Shown here piece after piece: positions 1 through 7,700 of a stretch of DNA of 42,364 nt. The notes under the pieces are model-generated. The model ran no database searches. It was not told where the DNA came from and was given only the letters and a program-made list of their open reading frames with translations. The stretch is from Kiritimatiellia bacterium. Lineage in GTDB: Bacteria > Verrucomicrobiota > Kiritimatiellia > RFP12 > DVOR01. The stretch covers positions 1 to 42,364 of the forward strand of contig JBJFGP010000174.1 of the NCBI GenBank assembly GCA_051892815.1. The letters are read 5' to 3'. The translations under genes and the position numbers were made by a program. The stretch's first letter is position 1. Every line of letters starts with the position of its first letter.

Positions 1-1664
1 GGTTCGACCAGCACGGGCAATTCGCGGATGGTGCCGAACTGGTTCATCAGCACGCCGTTGAAGTAGTCCAGCGCCTCGGAAATGTTGCGCCGGAAGGGTT
101 CGCGGTTGCGGCATCCGGAGGAGCTGCGCTGGGCCAGGACGACCTCGCCGACGAACTCGTGGTTGCGCAGGAACGGCAGGGGGCGTTCGAGGCGACCCTT
201 GGCTTCGGGGCCGAGGTAGGCTCGCCAATCGAAGGGGCCGGTGTTTTTGAGCAGGCGGTTCGGCGCATCGGCGAGAAAGGCGCGGTAGCGCTCCATATCG
301 CCGCCGGCGTGCATCAGTCCGCGTGCGAGGCGGGGATTGGCGAGGGTGACGACGACTTCCGTGCCTTCGGGGAGGAGTGAGTTTTCATAGAGAAAGAACC
401 AGTCGGAGACGCGGTCGAGGATGGTGGTCTTGTTTCCCGCGGGGTCGCTGCTGCGCAGGTCGTAGGCGATTGGGAACCAACCTTCGGGGAACATTCCCGG
501 GCAGGTCTGGCGGTGAAAGATACTATGCGCCTGGGCCTGCATCTTGATACCCCATTCGACATGGTCGTCAAAGGAATTGTAGACGCCAAGGCCAAAGACA
601 TCCGTGTGCCCCAGCACATTCAGCCCGCCCTGGAGTCCCGAGTACTGCTCGTTGAAGCGGCTAAAGGGCGGAAGCGGCCCGTGCACTTCAATCTTCGCTA
701 GGCACGACAAGGTGTTGAACTCGATGCCGTTTACCACACGGGAGAGCGGGAACTTGACATAACTGTTCATTCCTTTGCGCAGGCGGAACCGGACCGCCGG
801 CAGCGCACCCTCCGTAGAAGAACACTCCTTGAGGCTCTTCGGGTCAAGGAAAAGCGGCTCCACGCGGCAACCGTCCAGTTTGCAACTGCTGTGCGTGCGA
901 GCCCCCTTCACAGGCAGGCGGACACTCTCTTCACGGTGCGACTCCACCCAAGCGTAAACATTGGAAACGGTATTGGACGCGACAATCGGCACCCCCGCCT
1001 CGAAGATGCGCTTTTCGATCCACCTGCGTTGGGGCAGATCCGAGAAACGGGCCTCTTTCCGATTGAGGATGAAATGGAAGTCAATCAGGAGATACTCCTG
1101 CCGCGCCTCCCGGGAAGGCTTGGGGTCAAAGGTAAGATTGAGGTTGTCGAGGACGGCGCGTTCGTTCGGATTGAAGAGAAGCGTATAGTGGCGGAATCCC
1201 TCCTTGGCGGGTTCGACATAGAGCGTTCCCGGCACCATCTTGCCGTCCTTGCTTTGGCGGATTGCCTCGGTGCCAATGGCCTTGGCCGTGTCGAGTTCAA
1301 GCTTGAAGCCCCTGCCCGAGGCGGAAAGGACGAGGTTCGCTGGCTTGCCACCGGTCGAGGCCTTCATCTTGAAAGAGACGCCTGCAAAGTTGCCCGCCGG
1401 CTTCCCGATTCCCGTGCATTGGATGGTGCGGCGGGTTGGTTCCTTCTCGAAGGAAGCGTTCCAGAGAAAGGCGTTGGGATTCGAGTTGGTGCTCCAGCGT
1501 TCGGCTTGAAGGCTCTTCTGGAGTTCCTCCGCGGGACAATCGCGCACTCTCAGGGCAAAGGCGTAGGTGTTGTCGTACGGGAGCCAAGTCCAATCGGGGA
1601 TGCGCGTCTGTATGGTGTATTGCTCAATGGGCTGCTGGGGGAACCAATCGGTCGGGGCGCCCAC
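1..1664 (-). CDS. hypothetical (probably secreted) protein, partial, C-terminus lies beyond window start; family not recognised
   Basis: Minus-strand frame is open from nt 1709 to the window edge, and is absent from the ORF track because it has no stop in the window. My translation (...WFPQQPIEQYTIQTRIPDWTWLPYDN...FNEQYSGLQGGLNVLGHTDVFGLGVYNSFDDHVEWG...EALDYFNGVLMNQFGTIRELPVLVE) has normal globular composition and GC-rich third positions. The first in-frame start is GTG at 1664. Confidence 0.7.
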   Translation of the reverse strand, partial: MGAPTDWFPQQPIEQYTIQTRIPDWTWLPYDNTYAFALRVRDCPAEELQKSLQAERWSTNSNPNAFLWNASFEKEPTRRTIQCTGIGKPAGNFAGVSFKMKASTGGKPANLVLSASGRGFKLELDTAKAIGTEAIRQSKDGKMVPGTLYVEPAKEGFRHYTLLFNPNERAVLDNLNLTFDPKPSREARQEYLLIDFHFILNRKEARFSDLPQRRWIEKRIFEAGVPIVASNTVSNVYAWVESHREESVRLPVKGARTHSSCKLDGCRVEPLFLDPKSLKECSSTEGALPAVRFRLRKGMNSYVKFPLSRVVNGIEFNTLSCLAKIEVHGPLPPFSRFNEQYSGLQGGLNVLGHTDVFGLGVYNSFDDHVEWGIKMQAQAHSIFHRQTCPGMFPEGWFPIAYDLRSSDPAGNKTTILDRVSDWFFLYENSLLPEGTEVVVTLANPRLARGLMHAGGDMERYRAFLADAPNRLLKNTGPFDWRAYLGPEAKGRLERPLPFLRNHEFVGEVVLAQRSSSGCRNREPFRRNISEALDYFNGVLMNQFGTIRELPVLVE

Positions 1665-1804
1665 CAGGAAGCGACATAGTCGGCTGGCGGCAAGGTGCCG
1701 AGGTCGGCGCTAGGCTCCGGCAGCTTGGTCTTGTTGGAGACGGGCGCGGCACACAGAAGGGTTCCGGTCAGCACGAAGGCTGCACAAGTCACTGTTCTTT
1801 TCAT
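1550..1804 (-). CDS. signal-peptide ORF, probably the displaced 5' end of the 1..1664 gene (frameshift)
   Basis: ATG at 1804 gives MKRTVTCAAFVLTGTLLCAAPVSNKTK..., a typical signal or lipoprotein leader. After about 45 aa the translation turns low-complexity while the adjacent frame becomes protein-like. Confidence 0.35.
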   Translation of the reverse strand: MKRTVTCAAFVLTGTLLCAAPVSNKTKLPEPSADLGTLPPADYVASWWAPRPIGSPSSPLSNTPYRRASPIGLGSRTTTPTPLP

Positions 1805-1824
1805 CTGTCGTATTCTTTCCCTGG

Positions 1825-1864
1825 ATTCTCCCTGCGGCATACAATACACCACCGCAGGGAGAAT
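1825..1864 (-). terminator. 13-bp perfect stem-loop (ATTCTCCCTGCGG / CCGCAGGGAGAAT, 14-nt loop) between two co-directional genes
   Basis: Inverted repeat read directly. It lies 32 nt downstream of the 1896 stop and 21 nt upstream of the 1804 ATG. No U-tract follows on the minus strand, so its role as a terminator is uncertain. Confidence 0.25.
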
Positions 1865-1895
1865 TGCAATAATAAAACGTTTTTTCTGGGTTCCC

Positions 1896-3461
1896 CTACC
1901 GAATCAGAATCAGCGTACCGGCGGCGAGCGGCTCGCTCAACTGAAGGGAAAGGTTATTGAGGAAGGTAGCGGCGCCGGTCTCTCCCAAGGTTGTGCCGGC
2001 CATCAACTTGAGGGTGTGGAACCCGGCCTTGAGGCCTTTCAAGGTGACGGTCTCTTCGGTGAAGGTGGTGTTCAACTCCCTTTCGACCACCACTGCTTCT
2101 TTGCCATCGAGGTAGATGGGGATACGCTGTCCGCTCGTATAATTGGCATAGTTCAGCGAGCGCATATTTATCGTCAGCGTGTAGTGTCCGTCGACAGGCG
2201 CACAGAAGGTCTGCTCAAGACCATTGCCGACCTCTGCGCCCACCGGGGCAAGCAAGCAAAGTTCCCAGGAGTTATCACTTGTAGAGCCGCCAACCGGAGT
2301 TCCACCAAGAAGCGCCCAACACACGCCGCCATAACCGTTTCCGGGACCGGTGGCTGACCAGTCCGCAAAGGCTGCATAGGGATAGGTCGCGTTGTAGAAG
2401 TCCCTGACGCGGTTCAGCCAGACGTTCCCTTCCAGACCGCCATGGACCAGTTCGAAGTCGGCATTGGCGAGCAGGTTGGCGTCTGAAGCGATGACCTTTG
2501 CGCTCAGGCGGATGTCGCCGTCACCCTCGGGAACGGTAATCGTCAAGGGGTTGGCAAGGCGGTTTTCTTCGGTGATGCCGTCGCCCACCCAGCCTACGAA
2601 GTAGTATCCGTCGTCGGGGCGGACGGAGAGGGTGTGGGTCTCTCCTGTGGTAATGGCGATTGGCTCGCCGTAGCCTTGAACGGTGCCGTTGGCGACCTCG
2701 ACTTCGATCTGGCGCTCAAAAAGGCCGAACTGCATGTCGTCTATCGTATCGACGGCGGTTGCGCTGCTCTGACAGGGTTCGGCCTGTTCGGTGTAGATGT
2801 CAAGGTCGTAGTCGCCCGCCTCCAACTGGAAGGGCTCGCTCCAGACCCTCTTCCAGTCATCACGGGTAGAGTCCGACCGTACGATATGCTGGAACGTGCG
2901 GCTGAAGACGGCTTGGCCGCCAACTTCGATGGTCATTTTGCTATCGGCCCAGTTGCTGCCGCGTGTGCCGCCGGGACCATGCCAAAAGGAAATCTGATAG
3001 GTTCCCGCCTGAGGCACCGTCACCTTTTGGCGCAGGCGTTTGGGGACATAAACGACGTTCGCCGCACCCGCGGGCGCCTTGGCATGGAATGCAATGCGTT
3101 GATTCTTGCTCTCGCGCGAAGAGGACGAGACCTTACTCACATTGGAATTGGGCGGGGTGTAGTAGATGGTGTTCGGGTAGGTCGTGAGCGTCGTACCGTC
3201 TTCCAACTCGGTATCCTCCTGCACCACGAGCTCCCAGTACGTCAGCGGCTGAATCACAACCCCGCCCGGACTCGTTTGGCCCACGAGTTCCAAATTGCCG
3301 TAGCCGTTGCCCTGGTTCATATTGAGCCGGTCGGGATTTTCGATAGGATCGTCGAACCCCGGATCGTTCAGCAGGTTGTCGCCGACGATGCCAGCACGAG
3401 CCACGTTCACGGAGCAGCAAACCGTTGCCGCCGCAATATAATATGGAATAGACAGACGCAT
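1896..3461 (-). CDS. secreted protein with two CBM/DUF642-like modules flanking an InlB-B-repeat-like module
   Basis: ORF 1896..3623, with the start trimmed to ATG 3461 (MRLSIPYYIAAATVCCSVNVARA signal peptide, AAGG Shine-Dalgarno). Modules start NLLNDPGFDDP and NLLANADFELV. The middle reads GTVQGYGEPIAITTGETHTLSVRPDDGYYFVGWVGDG. The protein ends ...AAGTLILIR. Confidence 0.85.
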   Translation of the reverse strand: MRLSIPYYIAAATVCCSVNVARAGIVGDNLLNDPGFDDPIENPDRLNMNQGNGYGNLELVGQTSPGGVVIQPLTYWELVVQEDTELEDGTTLTTYPNTIYYTPPNSNVSKVSSSSRESKNQRIAFHAKAPAGAANVVYVPKRLRQKVTVPQAGTYQISFWHGPGGTRGSNWADSKMTIEVGGQAVFSRTFQHIVRSDSTRDDWKRVWSEPFQLEAGDYDLDIYTEQAEPCQSSATAVDTIDDMQFGLFERQIEVEVANGTVQGYGEPIAITTGETHTLSVRPDDGYYFVGWVGDGITEENRLANPLTITVPEGDGDIRLSAKVIASDANLLANADFELVHGGLEGNVWLNRVRDFYNATYPYAAFADWSATGPGNGYGGVCWALLGGTPVGGSTSDNSWELCLLAPVGAEVGNGLEQTFCAPVDGHYTLTINMRSLNYANYTSGQRIPIYLDGKEAVVVERELNTTFTEETVTLKGLKAGFHTLKLMAGTTLGETGAATFLNNLSLQLSEPLAAGTLILIR

Positions 3462-3507
3462 AGCGAACCTTTTTGACAAATGATTCTGACAAGACTTTGC
3501 GCCTGTC

Positions 3508-3545
3508 ATTTTAGCCCCCCCCCCCCCCCCCCCCCCTGATGTCAA
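3508..3545 (-). promoter_or_regulatory. sigma70-like promoter: TTGACA (3545..3540), 26-nt spacer containing G22, TAAAAT (3513..3508)
   Basis: The minus strand reads TTTTGCTTGACATCA-G22-CTAAAATGACAGG. It lies about 47 nt upstream of ATG 3461. Confidence 0.5.
3515..3536. repeat. homopolymer C22 (G22 on the coding strand of the downstream gene)
   Basis: Counted directly in the sequence. Confidence 0.95.
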
Positions 3546-3596
3546 GCAAAAAGTGCGTCTCGCGCCAAGAAATTTTTCGGGTTCAATCGGCCCCCA

Positions 3597-3712
3597 CTCC
3601 CCGAAGATGCCAACCTGCCACACCCCAAGGTAGCAATGTCCGCCCCCGAAAGGTACCCGAGATCGGGTGCGGAAGGTGCCTACCCGCCGCCCCGAAAGGT
3701 ACCAACGAAACG
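3597..3712. repeat. tandem array, 5 units, exact 23-bp period (C-rich orientation on plus strand)
   Basis: AAGGT/AAGAT anchors at 3604, 3627, 3650, 3673 and 3696. An example unit is CCCCGAAAGGTACCAAC. Confidence 0.85.
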
Positions 3713-3715
3713 CCC

Positions 3716-4768
3716 CTAGTGCTCCGCCTCGCCCTCGTGGAACGAACCGTCCGCGTGAAAGTGTCCCGAGGCCCCCTTCTCCCCCGCATCAAGCTGCGAA
3801 ACCAGCGCGTAGGCCCCCTCCACCACCACCTCGTCCGACGCCCCGATTCCCTCGACCGCCGCACGACCCTCGCGCTCCGCCAACACACGAACCGGACGCG
3901 CCTCAAAGTGGTCAGACTCCCCCTTCTCCCGCACCAACACCACCAGTTCAAGCCCACGCCGCACCACCGCGCGAGCCGGAACCGTCAGCCGCTCCGCCCC
4001 CCCCTTCGGAGCCAGCCACACCTCCGCCCGCTCCCCAGCCAACGCACCCACCCCCTCCGGCTCCGACAACCTCAGCCGCACCATCCCCTCCGCGCCCGAC
4101 GGCAAAACCGCGTACCTCGCCGGCTGTCCCCCGACCGACACCGATGCTCCATCCTTCAGCCCGCGCCACACCCCCGAAGGCACCTCCAGCGTCAGCGCCA
4201 ACGCCCCCTTCCGCACCAGCCGCACCAGCGAAGCCCCCCCCTCCACCTGCGCCAAATTGCCCGCGTCAAACCCCGACACCACCCCCTCGCACGGCGCCAA
4301 AAGCCGCCACACCCCGCCCGACACCACAACCCCGGAAAGCCCATAGCCCGACATCTCAGACACTACCCTCCCCAACGCCGACTCAAGTTCCGCATGACCC
4401 GTCCCCAACCGCTCATAATGCCCCAGGCGCGCCCTCAACCGAGCCCCCTCCGCCTCAAGCTCCCGCAGCCGAGGTGCCTCCACCTCAGCCAGCGCCTCGC
4501 CCGCCTTCACCCCCGAACCAATCCGAGAAACCAGCCGAACCCGACCCGCCAACGGCGTCCCCAGAACCAAACGATCCTCCTCCGCCACAGCCCAGAAACC
4601 AACCCCGCGCCAGCCCTCCTCCAACACCATCCGCCGCGGACGCTCCACCCTCAAACCAAGCGCCTCCCGAGCCCACTTCCCGACCGTCACAGCCTCCTCG
4701 TGGTGCCCTTCAGCCAACACCGCCAAAGGCAACCAGACCAACAGACAGATACCAACCTTTCCCATCAT
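3716..4768 (-). CDS. efflux RND periplasmic adaptor (membrane fusion protein, CzcB/CusB-like) with His-rich C-terminal tail
   Basis: 350 aa with an N-terminal signal/anchor (MMGKVGICLLVWLPLAVLA), a coiled-coil segment (APRLRELEAEGARLRARL) and a beta-barrel-like C-terminal half. The tail reads GHFHADGSFHEGEAEH. Its ATG overlaps the upstream stop (ATGA). Confidence 0.85.
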   Translation of the reverse strand: MMGKVGICLLVWLPLAVLAEGHHEEAVTVGKWAREALGLRVERPRRMVLEEGWRGVGFWAVAEEDRLVLGTPLAGRVRLVSRIGSGVKAGEALAEVEAPRLRELEAEGARLRARLGHYERLGTGHAELESALGRVVSEMSGYGLSGVVVSGGVWRLLAPCEGVVSGFDAGNLAQVEGGASLVRLVRKGALALTLEVPSGVWRGLKDGASVSVGGQPARYAVLPSGAEGMVRLRLSEPEGVGALAGERAEVWLAPKGGAERLTVPARAVVRRGLELVVLVREKGESDHFEARPVRVLAEREGRAAVEGIGASDEVVVEGAYALVSQLDAGEKGASGHFHADGSFHEGEAEH

Positions 4769-7700
4769 CTCTCAACCTCCTCCAGCCAGCACGCATACCC
4801 CAATTCCGCCGCCGCATCCAGCAACGAATCCGACCACGACAACTCCGACAACGCCCCCTCAAGACGCTCCTCCATCAACTCAAAACACCCCACTGCATCC
4901 ACCTCCCCCGAACGATACAACCCCCACGGATCCAACACCCCCGCCGCCGGCCGGTGTGCCAACAGACGCGACACCTTCCCGGCAACCTCCGCCGCCGCAG
5001 ATACCCTCCTCTTCCAGCACATCGCAACCTCCTCCAGCGACACCTCCCGCCTACCCGTCGCCTCCGCGATTGCCAACCGGTTGCGGTTCCAGATAGGCAG
5101 ACTCACCCCCACGCCGAACCCGAGACGGTCGCTCCCGTCTTCCCGTTCGTAGAGCGGCGAGAGCGACACCTCCGGGTACTGCCGGCGCACTTCAAGCCGC
5201 AACTCCGCTTCGCTTGCCCCGAGCCGCCCCATTGCCGCCAAAACCTCCGGATGGCGCACAAGATCGAGTGCCGCAGGAAGTTTCAGCGGCCCCCTCGGAA
5301 GCGCAGGAATCCCCTCGTCCAAAGCAATCTCCGAGCCCGGATGGAGCCCGAGCAGCCGCTTCAGATCTGCCTCCGCCTCGGCCTCTTTCTCGCGCAACTC
5401 CTGGGCCAGATGCTGCCTTTCGTGGTGGCGGCGGCGTACCGACGAGGCGGTCCCTTTGGAGAGTTCCCCCGCCTGCGACAGGTGGTCGACCGCCGAGAGC
5501 AGAGATGCCAACCTGTCGGACCCCAAGTAGTCAACCACCGTCTCACGGCGGCGGCGTATCCCCTTGAGGCGGAGCCAGGCACGAACGGCGGCGTTGGAGG
5601 TCGAGAGTTCGGCCGATTGGAGGGCAAGTCTCTCGGCTTGGGTGTACATCTCCCGGGCGCGGCGCTGGAGCGAAGGGGTTCCGGAGATGGGCAGGACGAG
5701 GCCGATTCCTGCGCCGAAGAGGAAGGGGTGGTCGGACGGCTGTGCGATGCGCAGGAGGTCGAAGGAGAGGTCGGGATCTGCCCAGTAACCGGAGGCTTGG
5801 GCGGCTTTCCGGGTGTGGGCGAGTTTGGTTCGGGCGAGGCTGAGTTCGGGGTTGCCGATGAGGGCGGTCCTGGCTGCGTCGGCGGGGGTTTGGAGGGTAA
5901 TGCGGGCGGGGCGCCATTGGTCGGATCGGGTCTGGAGGTCGAGTTGGGCGGGGTGGTAGGCGATGCAGCCGGCGAGGAGGATGGGTAGGCAGGCGAGGAG
6001 GGCGGTGGTTGGCACCTTTGGGGTGCGTTCGGTGAGGATGACGAGTGCGGGGAGTACGAGTTGGTTGAGGAGGAGGGCGCCCAGGATGCCGCCGAACTGG
6101 ACGGTTGCGAGGGGGGCGAGGAGTTCGCCTCCGGGGGTGTCGGCGCTGAGCATCAGGGGGATGAGTCCGAGGAGGGTGGTGAGGGTGGTCATTATGATGG
6201 GGGCGAGGCGTTCGCGGGCGCCTTCGCGCAGGGCTCTCGGGAGGGGCTGGCCTTGGTCGAGGCGCTGGAGGAGGGCGTTGAGCAGGAGCAGTCCGTTGCG
6301 CAGGGCAAAGCCTGTGACGGTGACGAAGCCGACTAGGGCGCTGACGCTGAGGCTGGTGTGGGCGAGGCGGGCGGCCAGGATGCCGCCGATGAGGGCGAGG
6401 GGCAGGTTGACGAGGGCCAGGAGGGCGTGGCGGAGGCGTCCGAGGCTCAGGGTGAGGAGGGCGAGGATGAGGGCGAGGAGGGCGGCGGAGGCGAGCAGGA
6501 GGGTGCGGGTGGCGCTTTGGCGGGCTTCGTGGCTGCCGGTGAGGGTGAGGTCGCAGCCTAGGTTTTGGGCGGCGGGTTGGAGGCGTTGGAGGAGGGTTTG
6601 GACGACTTGTCCGCTGCTGGCTTTGCCGTCGAGGTTGCAGGAGATGAGGGCTTTGCGGCGGCCGTTTTCGCGCAGGAGCATCAGGGGGGCTTCTTCGGCG
6701 CGGAGGGTGGCGACGGATGCGAAGGGAACGGGCTGTCCGCGGCCACCGACGAAGGTGAATCGGCGCAGGTCGCGTTCGGTCTGGCTGGAATCGTCGGCGA
6801 GGCGGATAGCAACCTCCCGGCGCGATTGGTTGGCAAGAATGGTTCCCACAGGTAGGCTCCTGTAGGCGGCGGAGATTTGTATCCCCGCATCCCTAAGGTT
6901 CATACCTTCCGCGGCGAGGGCTGCGGGGTCGTAGTCGATGCGCAAGGTACGGCCCGTGGCCTCGCGGTTGGCGCGAATGTCGGCGATGCCGGGCACCGAC
7001 GCGATGAGGGGTTTCAAGGTTTGGACCGCCGCGCGCAAACGATTCGGATCTTCGCAATAGAGGTTCACGGCCAGTTCCGCCTCGGTCCCGGAGAGGATGG
7101 CGCTGATGCGGTGCTCGATGGGATAGCCGACCATCACGCTGGCGCCGGGTATCGATCCGAGCCGTTCGCGGATGGCTTGGCGCACCGCAGAGGCGTCCCC
7201 GTCGAGGTGGACGATGAACTCGGTACTGGAGACAGGTTCGGCGTGCTGATCGCGCTCCGCACGCCCCGTCCGCCGCACGACCTTCCCGACGCCCGGGATG
7301 GAGGAGAGCACCCGACCGGCGTGCCGAGCCGTACGCTCCGCCTCCGGCAGCGACGCCGAAGGACTCAGCGACAAGAGCACATTCAGGGTCGGCTCGTGCA
7401 GCGGCGGCAGGAAACTCGTGCCCAGCCTCGTCGCCAAAGATGCCGACCAGACCGCCAACAGCAAGACGGGAATCAGCGTCAGAATCGGGTGCCGAATCGA
7501 GCACTCCAAACACGGCGCGTAGAGCCGATCCAAAAGCCTCATCAGAGGCGCCCGCCCCTTCGAAACGCCCCCGCCCGAACCACCCTCAAGCAACAGAGAA
7601 AGGCACGGCACCACCACCACCGCAACCGCGAACGACGCCCCCAGAAGCGCCAGATACGCCTTCCCCAAAGGCTTGAAAAATCGCCCCTCCAACCCGGGAA

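Noticed and set aside
3597-3712. Possibility that the 23-bp arrays are CRISPR arrays or sigma-54 promoters
   Set aside because: The units are contiguous, with no unique spacers between them, and there are no cas genes. The TGGCAC present in some units lacks a consistently spaced TTGC -12 element, and most units lack TGGCAC altogether.
3539-5988. Long plus-strand ORFs 3539..5152 (537 aa) and 3667..5988 (773 aa), opposite the adaptor and OMF genes
   Set aside because: Their translations are extreme Pro/Arg/Ala/His low-complexity strings, typical of the wrong strand of GC-rich coding DNA. The opposite strand encodes recognisable efflux proteins.
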